DNA of 32,000 bases from Xanthomonas campestris pv. campestris str. ATCC 33913 (GCF_000007145.1 NC_003902.1:310325-342324); one strand, 5' to 3'. Shown: positions 8,182 to 17,070, counted from the stretch's first letter. The notes: a model not told the origin generated them from the letters alone. Program-made: numbers and translations.

Positions 8182-9900
8182 ATGCTGCATTGTCCGTTTG
8201 TCGTGCTGGGCCTGATCGGCCTGTTGGCGCCCGTGTTGTGCCGCGCCGCCGAAGGCGCGCCGCAGCGCCTGACCATTGCCGACGTGCAGGGCGAGGACAC
8301 CCGCAGCCCGTTCGACGGCCGCCTGGTCGAGGTGGAAGGCATCGTCACCGCCGATACGCGCTTGGGTCTGGCGGGCCTGTTCGTGCAACAGCCCGGCACC
8401 GAGCCGCGGCGCTCGCACGGGGTGTTCGTGACCGGCGCCGGCGAGGCGCAGGTGGCGGTGGGCGACCGCGTGCGGATCGTGGGCACGGTGCGCGAGGTCG
8501 GTGCTGGCGGCGACGCCAGCCTGACCACGCTGCAGGCCACCACGCTCGAGGTGCTGGCCAGCAACCAGCCGGTGCCGGTGCGCATGCTCAGCGGGCCGCC
8601 GGCCAACTGGGAAGCACTGGAAGGCGAACACGTTCGCCTGGCCGCGGTCACGCTCAATGGCAGCGACCGCCTGGCCAGCAACGGCGAGCTGATCGCCGCC
8701 TTTGGTGGCCGGTTGTGGCAGCCCAGCGAAGTGGCCGCGGCCGGCACGCCCGCCTTCGCGCAGACCGAAGCCGACAACGCGCGCCGCCGGGTGTTGCTGG
8801 ACGACGCGCGCAACGGCCGCACGCCAAAGGCCGTGTCCTACCTGCCGGCCGAGGCGAACTTACGTGTGGGCAGCCTGCTCAGGCAGGTCGATGGCATTGT
8901 CGATCAGCGCTACGACGGCCAGTACCGCATCCAGGTGCTGGCGCCGCTGACGCTGCCCGCACTGCCTGCGCCGGTGGCACCGCAGGTGGGCGGCGATCTG
9001 CGCATCGCCTCGTTCAACCTGGAGAACTTCTTCAACGGCAACGGGCGCGGCGGCGGCTTCCCGACCAAGCGCGGGGCGCGCACGCACGAACAGTTCCAGG
9101 CGCAGCTGGCCAAGCTGGTGGCCACCATCGTGCCGCTGCAGGCCGATGTGGCCGCGCTGATGGAACTGGAAAACGACGGCAACGACGGCGACACCGCCGT
9201 GGCGCAGCTGGTGGCTGCGCTCAACGCCGCCGGTAAGGACAAGGATTGGCGTTTCGTGGACAGCGGCAGCGGCCCGGGCGACGACGCGATCCGCGTCGGC
9301 ATCGTGTACCGCAGCACCCAGGTCACCCCGGTCGGCAAACCGGCCACGCTGACCGGCGGGCCGTTCGACAGCCATAGCCGGGTGCCATTGGCGCAAGCGT
9401 TCCGCAGCAGCCGCGGCGCGACCTTCGTGGTGGTGGCCAACCACTTCAAGTCCAAGGGCTGCGGCAACGCCAGTGGCGCCGATGCCGATCAGCACGATGG
9501 CCAGGCCTGCTGGAATGCCACCCGCACCGAGTCGGCCAAGCGCCTGCACCAGTGGCTGCAGAGCGACCCCACCGGCGCGCAGACCAAGCTGGCCGTGTTG
9601 CTGGGCGACTTCAACGCCTATGCGATGGAAACGCCGATGCGCAGCCTGCGCGCCAGCGGCTGGCAGGACGCCTTTGCCGTGGTCGGCGTGAAGCAGCCTT
9701 ACAGCTACGTCTACGACGGCATGAGCGGCCGCTTGGACCACGCCCTGCTGAGTCCGGCGATGGCCAAGCAGCTGCGTGGCGCAGCGGAATGGCACATCAA
9801 CGCCGACGCGATGGACGATGCCGGCTATGCCAAGCGCAACCTGCCAGGCCCGTGGCGCAGCTCCGACCACGACCCGGTGCTCTTGGGATTCGCGCTCTGA
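8182..9900 (+). CDS. Secreted ExeM/NucH-type extracellular endonuclease (endonuclease/exonuclease/phosphatase fold)
   Basis: Signal peptide MLHCPFVVLGLIGLLAPVLCRAAEG. The N-terminal OB-like region is followed by EEP motifs (ASFNLENFF ... SDHDPVL). A GGAG lies 8 nt upstream of the ATG at 8182. Confidence 0.8.
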   Translation: MLHCPFVVLGLIGLLAPVLCRAAEGAPQRLTIADVQGEDTRSPFDGRLVEVEGIVTADTRLGLAGLFVQQPGTEPRRSHGVFVTGAGEAQVAVGDRVRIVGTVREVGAGGDASLTTLQATTLEVLASNQPVPVRMLSGPPANWEALEGEHVRLAAVTLNGSDRLASNGELIAAFGGRLWQPSEVAAAGTPAFAQTEADNARRRVLLDDARNGRTPKAVSYLPAEANLRVGSLLRQVDGIVDQRYDGQYRIQVLAPLTLPALPAPVAPQVGGDLRIASFNLENFFNGNGRGGGFPTKRGARTHEQFQAQLAKLVATIVPLQADVAALMELENDGNDGDTAVAQLVAALNAAGKDKDWRFVDSGSGPGDDAIRVGIVYRSTQVTPVGKPATLTGGPFDSHSRVPLAQAFRSSRGATFVVVANHFKSKGCGNASGADADQHDGQACWNATRTESAKRLHQWLQSDPTGAQTKLAVLLGDFNAYAMETPMRSLRASGWQDAFAVVGVKQPYSYVYDGMSGRLDHALLSPAMAKQLRGAAEWHINADAMDDAGYAKRNLPGPWRSSDHDPVLLGFAL

Positions 9901-9915
9901 GCGCACTTCCACGCG

Positions 9916-9940
9916 CGGCAGCAGCGCGCGCTGCTGGCCG
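9916..9940 (+). terminator. GC-rich near-perfect hairpin (CGGCAGCAGCGC/GCGCTGCTGGCCG) 16 nt after the nuclease stop; no U-tract
   Basis: Inverted repeat with a one-base bulge, read directly from the sequence. It lies in a convergent intergenic region. Confidence 0.35.
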
Positions 9941-10096
9941 ATCACCCGCCGGCTGGGTCAGGCCAGCCGGCGGTGCGCCGCGGCCGGCACGCGTGCAGGC
10001 TTGCCCAGTGGACCTGCGTGTGCGGGCGGGGAGCGGGGTGTCGCCGGCCCTGCCTTGCCGAGCCGCGGCGAGCCGATCGCCCGGGGCGTGCGGCGC

Positions 10097-10480
10097 TTAG
10101 CGAGCGCAATGCACATGGCGGCGCAAGCGCAGGTTGACCAGATGGGCGCCGGCCAGCAGCAGGCTGCTGGCGACCGTGACCGGCGTCTCCAGCGCGGCAC
10201 CCAGTAGCCCGCTGGCGCCCAGCACCAGCCCGGCCAGCCCGAACACCGCCAGCCCCCAGAGCGGTGCTGGCAACCGGTGGCGGCGATGGCTGCTCCAGAG
10301 TGCGTAGCCACTGAGCGGCACCGCGGCGGTGGCGAAGACTACATGCACCCATTCGGCTTGCTCCCAGCGCCCCAACAGCGGCAGCGCCGCCGCCAGCAGC
10401 GGCAAGGCCAGGCAGTGCAGCAGGCACAGGCTGGACAGGGCAATGGCCGAGCTGTCCAGCGCAGACGCAGAGGCGCGCAT
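10097..10480 (-). CDS. MerC-domain membrane protein (4 TM helices, CLLHC motif)
   Basis: 127 aa: SSLCLLHCLALPLLAAALPLL... with the four hydrophobic helices typical of the MerC family. Confidence 0.65.
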   Translation of the reverse strand: MRASASALDSSAIALSSLCLLHCLALPLLAAALPLLGRWEQAEWVHVVFATAAVPLSGYALWSSHRRHRLPAPLWGLAVFGLAGLVLGASGLLGAALETPVTVASSLLLAGAHLVNLRLRRHVHCAR

Positions 10481-10492
10481 CGATCGTTCTCT

Positions 10493-10523
10493 GAAATGGC
10501 GAGTTGTTATACAGTAACATTTC
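10493..10523. promoter_or_regulatory. Zur-box-like operator
   Basis: GAAATGGCGAGTTGTTATACAGTAACATTTC. The core TGTTATAcAGTAACA and the outer GAAAT/ATTTC arms resemble the gammaproteobacterial Zur box GAAATGTTATAnTATAACATTTC. It occupies half of a 61-bp divergent spacer. Confidence 0.55.
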
Positions 10524-10541
10524 TAGCCACGAGAGTTCGCC

Positions 10542-11867
10542 ATGCCTGTCCTCGCTCCCCGCGATTCGCGCCTGCCCGTCACCGTGTTGTCCGGCTTCCT
10601 GGGCGCCGGCAAGACCACCTTGCTCAACCGCATCCTGCACAACCGCGAGGGGCTGCGGGTGGCGGTGATCGTCAACGACATGAGCGAGATCAACATCGAT
10701 GCGCAGCTGCTACGCGAGGGTGGGGCGGCGCTGCGGCGCACCGACGAGACGCTGGTGGAATTCAGCAATGGCTGCATCTGCTGCACGCTGCGCGACGACC
10801 TGCTGCAGGAAGTGAAGCGCCTGGCCAGCGAGCGCCGCTACGACTATCTGTTGATCGAATCCACCGGCATCGCCGAGCCGATGCCGGTGGCGGCCACCTT
10901 TGCGGTGCGCGATGCCGATGGTTTCAGCCTGTCGGATATCGCCCGGCTCGACACCATGGTGACGGTGGTGGACGGCAGCCGTTTTCTCGAGGATTTCGGC
11001 TCTGCGGCCACGCTGGCCGAGCTCGGCCAGCAAGCCGGCCCGGACGATACGCGCGGGCTGGTGCAATTGCTTGGCGACCAGGTGGAGTTCGCCGACGTGC
11101 TGGTGATCAGCAAGTGCGACCAGATCGACACGCCGCGTCTGCACCGCCTGCATGCCGTGTTGCGTGCGCTCAATCGCGATGCGGCGATCGTCGATGCCGC
11201 GCATGGCGAGGTGCCGCTGCGGCAGCTGCTGGACACCGGGCGCTTCGACTTCACCCGCGCGCAGCTGGCGCCGGGCTGGATGCAGGAGTTGCGCGGCCAG
11301 CACACGCCGGAGACCGAGGAATATGGCATCACCAGTTTCGTCTATCGTGCGCGCCGGCCGTTTCATCCGCAGCGTTTTGCGCGCATGGTGCAAGGTGGGC
11401 TGCCGCAGGTGATTCGCAGCAAGGGATTTTTCTGGTTGGCCAGCCGCATGGATTGGGTTGGCGAATTGTCCAGCGTGGGTGGCGCGACCCAGACCAATGC
11501 AGCGGGCTTCTGGTTTGCCGCACGCCATCGCGTGGATGCGCATGCCATCGGCGAGCCGCTGCAGACCAGCATCACGCCATTGCCGTATACCGATATCGGC
11601 TGGCAGCGTCAGCAGACGCAATGCTGGACCGCGCCGCTGCCGCAACTGCACGAGGTTGGCGATGCCAGCGAGTACGCCGCGATGCAGCGGCTGTGGCACC
11701 CGCTATGGGGCGACCGTCGCCAGGAGCTGGCGGTGATCGGCGTGGACATGGATGCGCCGCGCACGCGCGCTGCGCTGGATGCCTGCCTGCTCAGCGATCA
11801 CGAACTGCGCCAGGGCCCGGCGCAATGGCAACTGCTGGACGATCCGTTTCCGCACTGGCAGCGTTGA
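10542..11867 (+). CDS. COG0523-family G3E GTPase (CobW/ZigA/YeiR-like zinc metallochaperone)
   Basis: Walker [13 protein letters not shown], metal-binding GCICCTL (CxCC), ESTGIAEP, and a CobW C-terminal domain. Confidence 0.88.
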   Translation: MPVLAPRDSRLPVTVLSGFLGAGKTTLLNRILHNREGLRVAVIVNDMSEINIDAQLLREGGAALRRTDETLVEFSNGCICCTLRDDLLQEVKRLASERRYDYLLIESTGIAEPMPVAATFAVRDADGFSLSDIARLDTMVTVVDGSRFLEDFGSAATLAELGQQAGPDDTRGLVQLLGDQVEFADVLVISKCDQIDTPRLHRLHAVLRALNRDAAIVDAAHGEVPLRQLLDTGRFDFTRAQLAPGWMQELRGQHTPETEEYGITSFVYRARRPFHPQRFARMVQGGLPQVIRSKGFFWLASRMDWVGELSSVGGATQTNAAGFWFAARHRVDAHAIGEPLQTSITPLPYTDIGWQRQQTQCWTAPLPQLHEVGDASEYAAMQRLWHPLWGDRRQELAVIGVDMDAPRTRAALDACLLSDHELRQGPAQWQLLDDPFPHWQR

Positions 11868-12033
11868 TGGTGGATTGCATCACGCTGTCGACATCCGTTC
11901 GCCTGGTACCGGATGCAATCGGCAGCAGGCTGCATCCCCAGTACGGCGTGCGGATGTGCCGCACTGGGTGGCGTCGCATGTTTCACCTGCGGCTGCGCGC
12001 GGCGTGCACCTGCAAGCTGCGCTGTCCGGATCT

Positions 12034-13269
12034 TCAGTAGTAGCCGTTGTCGATTGCCTCTTGATGGGCATCTCTTTCTTTTTCGAAAGACTGTCGACGC
12101 TGTTCGGCGGTGGTGGGGATGCCTGACATCAGGCGCGGCGCTCCCAACCTTTCCAGCTGGTCGTCGGTGCTTCTGACGATCTGTTCCAACGCAAGCATGT
12201 TCTGGTAGCCCTGCATCATGCGTTGCAGGCGCCGTATCTGCTCCTTGGGTGCGTCGCCTTGCTTCAATGACTCCAGGCGCCGCTGCGCGCGTGCGTAGTT
12301 TCTGGCCAGGGCGGCTCTGTCGACGGATTTACGCCGTGCCTTGAGTACTTCGCGCCGGTTGTGCTGCATGGCGTCCATCTGCACCATGGCCAGGCCGCTG
12401 CTCGTGGTGCGCGGTGCGCGGATGTCTTCCATCGGTGCCAGTGCGACCAGCAGTGCCTCGAGCTGACTATCGCGGACCTCGTTGCGCCACGCGATCAGGG
12501 CCGCCCGTGTCTTGAGCAGGTGTTGCTCCTGTGGAGTTGCCTCGCGGTCCTCCATGAACAGCTGCTTTTGAATATCGCTGCACTGCCTGGTGATCTCTTC
12601 CAGTTGCAGATCCAGGCGGCGCAACGAGGGCTGCCGTCCGGGCTGGGGACGTGGGGAGGGCAGCGACGATTGCGCGGGCGTGATCGGCACCGGGGGCGAT
12701 GCCGGCTTGTCGTGCTGCGGCGGCTGGCCCTCGTCACGGCGCATTCTTTCGGGAATGGGCGGTTGCATTCTCGGATCGACGGGGCGTTGCGGCCCGTGCA
12801 GTTGCTGCGCACGCGCTGGCTTGGGCGGAACCGACATCGACTGTCTTGTGGGCGGGGTCTGTTGCGGTTGCGGTTGCGGTCGCTGCACCCGCTCATGATC
12901 CGTTGCGTTGGGCACCGGTGGCTGCCAACGCTGATCGACGCGGGCCTGCGTTCCGTGCTGTTGTTGCGTGCGACCGGGCGTCACGGCTGCCGTGTGCGCA
13001 GGTGGGCTTTCCACTGTTTCAAGCGTTGGAGAAGAGCCCATGCACGTCAACGGCAACTGCTTGCGTAACGATGCCAGCGATTTACGCGCCGAGGCGAGCA
13101 TGCCGCGATGGGATTTCGACGCGCCCTGTGATGTTGTTGACTTGGGAGCCTGAGAGAGCGGGTGCTGCGGTGACGCACCTGGAATCAACGGCGTCGTCTT
13201 GTTCGGATTGGCGCCGTGCGGTTCCGGGGCGACGCGATGGCGGCTGTTAAACAACTGACTCAGGCGCAT
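12034..13269 (-). CDS. xopR: Candidate type III secreted effector, XopR-like: disordered Pro/Gln/Ser-rich N-terminal half and helical C-terminal half
   Basis: A perfect PIP box plus -10 element and an AGGGAG RBS lie upstream of the ATG at 13269. The first 50 residues are rich in Ser/Pro with only two acidic residues (MRLSQLFNSRHRVAPEPHGANPNKTTPLIPGASPQHPLSQAPKSTTSQGAS). Hand-counted GC is lower at the 3' end. The XopR name rests on recalled synteny and architecture, not on an alignment. Confidence 0.6.
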   Translation of the reverse strand: MRLSQLFNSRHRVAPEPHGANPNKTTPLIPGASPQHPLSQAPKSTTSQGASKSHRGMLASARKSLASLRKQLPLTCMGSSPTLETVESPPAHTAAVTPGRTQQQHGTQARVDQRWQPPVPNATDHERVQRPQPQPQQTPPTRQSMSVPPKPARAQQLHGPQRPVDPRMQPPIPERMRRDEGQPPQHDKPASPPVPITPAQSSLPSPRPQPGRQPSLRRLDLQLEEITRQCSDIQKQLFMEDREATPQEQHLLKTRAALIAWRNEVRDSQLEALLVALAPMEDIRAPRTTSSGLAMVQMDAMQHNRREVLKARRKSVDRAALARNYARAQRRLESLKQGDAPKEQIRRLQRMMQGYQNMLALEQIVRSTDDQLERLGAPRLMSGIPTTAEQRRQSFEKERDAHQEAIDNGYY

Positions 13270-13333
13270 CACACACTCCCTTGGGTCGTTTGCACGCATG
13301 ATAGCCAGCGCTGCATCCCCCTCAAGGCGAGTT

Positions 13334-13358
13334 GCGAACCGGCGTCGCGCCGGCCGAA
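13334..13358 (-). promoter_or_regulatory. PIP box (HrpX-dependent plant-inducible promoter): TTCGG-N15-TTCGC
   Basis: The minus strand reads TTCGGccggcgcgacgccggTTCGC, an exact TTCGB-N15-TTCGB. Exactly 30 nt downstream is TATCAT (13298-13303), fitting the YANNNT -10 element. The effector ATG follows 29 nt later. Confidence 0.8.
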
Positions 13359-13366
13359 TGCCGCCA

Positions 13367-14242
13367 TCAGCCCAACCGCATGCCCCAGGCGATCGCTGCG
13401 ATTGCCGGCGCCGCCAGCAACAGCCCCAACCAGCCGCGGCGGCCGATGCGCTCGCCAAATGCCAGCTTGCCGACGAGTGCTCCCAGGATGACCACGCCCA
13501 GGTTCATGCTGGCGAAGACGGTGGCCGGGCTATGCGGCAGTAGCTGATGGGCGCGCACGTAACACAGGATGTTGCCGAAATTGAGCGCGCCAAGCAGCAC
13601 GCCGGCGAGCAGGTTGCGAAAGCTCAGGCGCGCAACACCGCCCCGGCGAACAACCTGCAGGCCAAGCATCAGCACACCTGCCAGCGCAAAGCACAGCGTC
13701 AACGACGTCAGCGACGGCGTACCGGCCTGTGCGATGTGCTTGAGCAACAGATCGATCAGGGCAAAGCCCAGCCACACGCCTGCCAGCCATGGCCAGCCGA
13801 TCGAGGCCGGCGCTGAATCCGCACCGGCGGCCTGACGTGGCCGTTGCAGGATGCAGACGATGGCCAGCAGACCCAGACCCAGTCCCGCCAGCTTCCAGGC
13901 ATTGACCGGTTCACCAAAGAGCGTGAACGCCGCCGCCAGCGAGAGCAGGAGCGACAGGCGTTGGGCAATGTCGGTACGGACGATGCCGGCGGTGGCGACC
14001 GCGCGTGCCAGCAGCATGAAGATCGACGGCAGCGCCACCGCCAATGCAAACAGTGCCAGCCAGGGCGTGGTCGGCGCGCGCAGCGTGTCCAGTGACGGAT
14101 GCAGGGTCAGCCACGCAAGCAGCGCGGCAGTGGCGTAGTTCCAGGTGATCGCCTGCGCAGCGTCCAGGCGATAGCGCGGCAGCAGCTTGAGAACCACCGA
14201 CACCAGGACACTGCAAACGACGGCAAACAGCAGAAAATGCAT
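13367..14242 (-). CDS. EamA/DMT-superfamily transporter (10 TM helices)
   Basis: Hydrophobic about 291-aa protein with the duplicated EamA-type helix pattern. ATG at 14242 (MHFLLFAVV); the track's TTG at 14248 is an alternative start. Confidence 0.75.
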   Translation of the reverse strand: MHFLLFAVVCSVLVSVVLKLLPRYRLDAAQAITWNYATAALLAWLTLHPSLDTLRAPTTPWLALFALAVALPSIFMLLARAVATAGIVRTDIAQRLSLLLSLAAAFTLFGEPVNAWKLAGLGLGLLAIVCILQRPRQAAGADSAPASIGWPWLAGVWLGFALIDLLLKHIAQAGTPSLTSLTLCFALAGVLMLGLQVVRRGGVARLSFRNLLAGVLLGALNFGNILCYVRAHQLLPHSPATVFASMNLGVVILGALVGKLAFGERIGRRGWLGLLLAAPAIAAIAWGMRLG

Positions 14243-14308
14243 GGGCAACGCAACGAAGTGTGCAGGCAGGGCGATGAACGCGGCCGGCGGGGCGGCTATT
14301 ATGACGGT

Positions 14309-14971
14309 ATGTCCAATCCCTTATTCCCCACCGAATCGGCTGCACTGACGTTGGACGGGCCGGTCGGCCCGCTCGATGTCGCGGTCGATCTGCCCGAGCC
14401 GGACGTTGCCGTGCAACCGGTCACCGCCATCGTCTGCCACCCGCTCTCCACCGAGGGCGGCAGCATGCACAACAAGGTCGTCACCATGGCTGCGCGCGCG
14501 CTGCGCGAGTTGGGGATCACCGTAGTGCGCTTCAATTTCCGCAGTGTCGGCAACTCGGCCGGTGCGTTCGATCATGGCGAAGGCGAGCAGGACGACCTGC
14601 GTGCGATCGCCGCATGGGTGCGCAGCCAGCGCCCGGGCGACACGCTGTGGCTGGCCGGTTTCAGCTTCGGGGCGTATGTGTCGTTGCGCGCCGCCGGCTC
14701 GCTCGCACCGCAGGTGCTCATCTCGATCGCGCCGCCGGCCGGGCGCTGGGATTTCAGCGACGTGCAGCCGCCGGCACACTGGCTGGTGATCCAGGGCGAT
14801 GCCGACGAGATCGTCGACCCGCAGGCGGTCTACGACTGGCTGGAGACGCTGGACCAGCAGCCCACGCTGGTGCGCATGCCCGACACCAGCCACTTCTTCC
14901 ACCGCAAATTGATCGACCTGCGCGGTGCGCTTCAGCACGGTGTGCGGCGCTGGCTACCGGCCACGCCCTGA
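14309..14971 (+). CDS. Alpha/beta hydrolase (COG2945-like)
   Basis: Nucleophile elbow GFSFG, GDADEIV, and His in DTSHFFH. Track ORF 14099..14971 was trimmed to the ATG at 14309 because the upstream part overlaps the EamA gene. Confidence 0.8.
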   Translation: MSNPLFPTESAALTLDGPVGPLDVAVDLPEPDVAVQPVTAIVCHPLSTEGGSMHNKVVTMAARALRELGITVVRFNFRSVGNSAGAFDHGEGEQDDLRAIAAWVRSQRPGDTLWLAGFSFGAYVSLRAAGSLAPQVLISIAPPAGRWDFSDVQPPAHWLVIQGDADEIVDPQAVYDWLETLDQQPTLVRMPDTSHFFHRKLIDLRGALQHGVRRWLPATP

Positions 14972-15050
14972 GTGCGACAGCTTGCAGGTGCATTGCCAGA
15001 CGATGCGCCGTTGAACGGCGCCGGCCACGGCCGGCCCGCGGAGAAACACG

Positions 15051-16145
15051 ATGAGTGAGATGACCCCGTCGCAGCGCTACGCCGCCGGCGTACAACGTGG
15101 CGACTGGCGCGCCGATCCTGCGCAGCAGGCGGCCCTGGCCGAGCTGGACCGGATCCACGAAGCACTGGTGGACAGTGCGCAGGACGGCTGGCTGGATCGG
15201 CTGTCGGCGTTCTGGAAAAAACCCGAGCCGGTGCGCGGGCTGTATTTCTGGGGTGGTGTGGGGCGCGGCAAGACCTTCCTGGTCGACCTGTTCTACGACG
15301 GCCTGCCGATCAAGCAGAAGTACCGCACCCACTTCCATCGCTTCATGCGCGGCGTGCATGAGCGCCTGCGCGAGCATGCCGGGCAGAGCGACCCGCTGGC
15401 CAAGATTGCCCAGGAATGGCGCGAAAACCTGCGCGTGCTGGTGCTGGACGAATTCTTCGTCACCGACATTGGCGATGCGATGCTGCTGGCGCGCCTGCTC
15501 GAGCGCCTGTTCGCCGAAGGCGTGACCTTGGTGACCACCTCCAACACCGCACCGGAAAACCTGTACGCCAACGGCTTGCAGCGCGACAGCTTCCTGCCGG
15601 CGATCGGCTTGCTGCAGAAGTTCTGCGTGGAGCTCTACGCCGAGGGCACCGAGGACTACCGCATGCGCGCGCTGACGCGGTCCCCGGTGTACCGCGCGCC
15701 GCTGGATGCGCAGGCCGATGGCTGGCTGGCGCAGCGCTGGGCGGAGTTGAGCGGCAATGCCGAGGCGCGCAGCGGCAACATCGAGATCGAAGCGCGCAAG
15801 ATCGCCGTGCGTGCGCGTGGCAAGAGCATCGCCTGGTTCGATTTTGCCGCGTTGTGCGAAGGCCCGCGCGGGCCGGCCGACTACATCGAGATCGCCCGCG
15901 AATTCACCACCGTGCTGTTGGGCGGCATCCCCCATTTTGACCGCATGAACGAAGACGCCGCCCGCCGCTTCGTCAACCTGATCGACGAGTTGTACGACCG
16001 CCACGTCAATCTGGTCTGCACTGCGCAGGACGCACCGCCGGCGTTGTACAGCGGCCAGCGCCTGGCCGGCGCATTCGAGCGTACCGCTTCGCGCCTGATC
16101 GAAATGCAGAGCGCCGACTATCTGGCAACCGCGCATCGCGCATGA
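15051..16145 (+). CDS. zapE: ZapE / AFG1-family ATPase (cell-division-associated)
   Basis: Walker A GGVGRGKTFL and Walker B VLVLDEFFVTDIGDAM, with full-length resemblance to YhcM/ZapE. GGAGAAA RBS. Confidence 0.88.
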   Translation: MSEMTPSQRYAAGVQRGDWRADPAQQAALAELDRIHEALVDSAQDGWLDRLSAFWKKPEPVRGLYFWGGVGRGKTFLVDLFYDGLPIKQKYRTHFHRFMRGVHERLREHAGQSDPLAKIAQEWRENLRVLVLDEFFVTDIGDAMLLARLLERLFAEGVTLVTTSNTAPENLYANGLQRDSFLPAIGLLQKFCVELYAEGTEDYRMRALTRSPVYRAPLDAQADGWLAQRWAELSGNAEARSGNIEIEARKIAVRARGKSIAWFDFAALCEGPRGPADYIEIAREFTTVLLGGIPHFDRMNEDAARRFVNLIDELYDRHVNLVCTAQDAPPALYSGQRLAGAFERTASRLIEMQSADYLATAHRA

Positions 16146-16822
16146 GTGCGCAGACGCGCCCTGCGCCGGGTCGCCACACGATCCGCGTCAGCGAAGACGA
16201 CTGCGGGTTGGGCCAGTTTGGCGGTGGCGCGTGGTTGAGCGATGCGGCGTTGTGGCCCAGCGATCCGTCGACCGGCCGGCCCATGACGCCGATTGTCATG
16301 CTGACCGATCTGTTCCTGCCCAGCGTCTGGTTGGCCGACGACATGGCTGTGACGGTCTTCGCGGCACTGGGCCGCGAAAGCGACGCGTACAACCGGACAG
16401 CGCTGCGCACGTTCACCATCCACCAGCAGAGCGAGCTCGAAAAGATCGATGCTGGCCACAGCAAGGTGGTGTTGCACCGACGTGCCGCGCGCGAAATGGT
16501 GCGCGAGACGGTGATGCTCCCGCGGCATTTTGTGGGACTGCAGCCCTTCGACGAACGCGATGCTGAGGAAGAGGCCGAAGATGCCGACAACGGTGCGGGC
16601 ATGAGCAAGCAGCTGGGCCGCCCGTACTGGCTGCAGGACCCCATCCATGCGCATCCGCGTCATTACTTCCTTTCCCAGTTCGTCGAGTCGGACCTGCGTC
16701 AGCAGGACCCCGCCTACGATGGCCTGTTCGCCGACGGGACGGGTTACCTGTTTGCGGAACAGCGCGCCAAAGTACTGCGCGAAGGCGATACGGCTGGCTA
16801 TTTCTTCATCCAGTTCACCTGA
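16142..16822 (+). CDS. Hypothetical protein, DUF1963/YwqG-like
   Basis: Strong G/C third-position bias on the + strand. Motif layout is FGGGAWLSDAALWPSDPSTGRPMTPIVMLTDLF ... GRPYWLQDP ... DGTGYLFAE ... GYFFIQFT, like DUF1963. Its ATG overlaps the zapE stop (ATGA). Confidence 0.55.
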   Translation: MSAQTRPAPGRHTIRVSEDDCGLGQFGGGAWLSDAALWPSDPSTGRPMTPIVMLTDLFLPSVWLADDMAVTVFAALGRESDAYNRTALRTFTIHQQSELEKIDAGHSKVVLHRRAAREMVRETVMLPRHFVGLQPFDERDAEEEAEDADNGAGMSKQLGRPYWLQDPIHAHPRHYFLSQFVESDLRQQDPAYDGLFADGTGYLFAEQRAKVLREGDTAGYFFIQFT

Positions 16823-17070
16823 GCCCAGCCAAGCCCGGGCACTCGGGCGGGCGAGCGCTGCTCGGCGAATGCGGTGACGTCCAACCGCACCGGCATCCTG
16901 CGAAAGACGCAGGTGCGCAGACGCACTGCAACTGGATAACGGAGGGCAGGTGGGTGCTGTGTACCGATCCACTGCCCCGAGTTTTCCCGAACACAGACAC
17001 AGGTCCAGTTCGCTTCCAGCCACGCCCCCGGTAGCTGCCACGAGCCCAATCCTTCATTCATAAGAGTCGC

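Noticed and set aside
11873-11920. 9-bp inverted repeat GATTGCATC-N30-GATGCAATC after the COG0523 stop as a terminator
   Set aside because: The 30-nt loop and the lack of a U-tract make it a poor intrinsic terminator. I noted it only as a possible RNA structure in a convergent spacer.
10277-12040. 587-aa + strand ORF overlapping the COG0523 gene in another frame
   Set aside because: The frame starting at 10542 carries the Walker A, CxCC and CobW-C motifs. The 587-aa product is Arg/Ala/Gly-rich, and it would overrun the Zur box and the MerC-like gene.
13270-13458. N-terminal extension of the effector ORF (track start 13458)
   Set aside because: It would place the PIP box and -10 element inside the coding region and overlap the EamA gene. 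The ATG at 13269 has an AGGGAG RBS at the right distance.
14754-16136. 460-aa minus-strand ORF
   Set aside because: It is antisense to zapE, which has Walker A/B motifs on the + strand. It shows a shadow-ORF composition.
16118-17041. 307-aa minus-strand ORF competing with the DUF1963-like gene
   Set aside because: The + strand frame has the G/C third-position bias and a start coupled to zapE. The minus ORF is Arg/Ala-rich and extends through the intergenic region.
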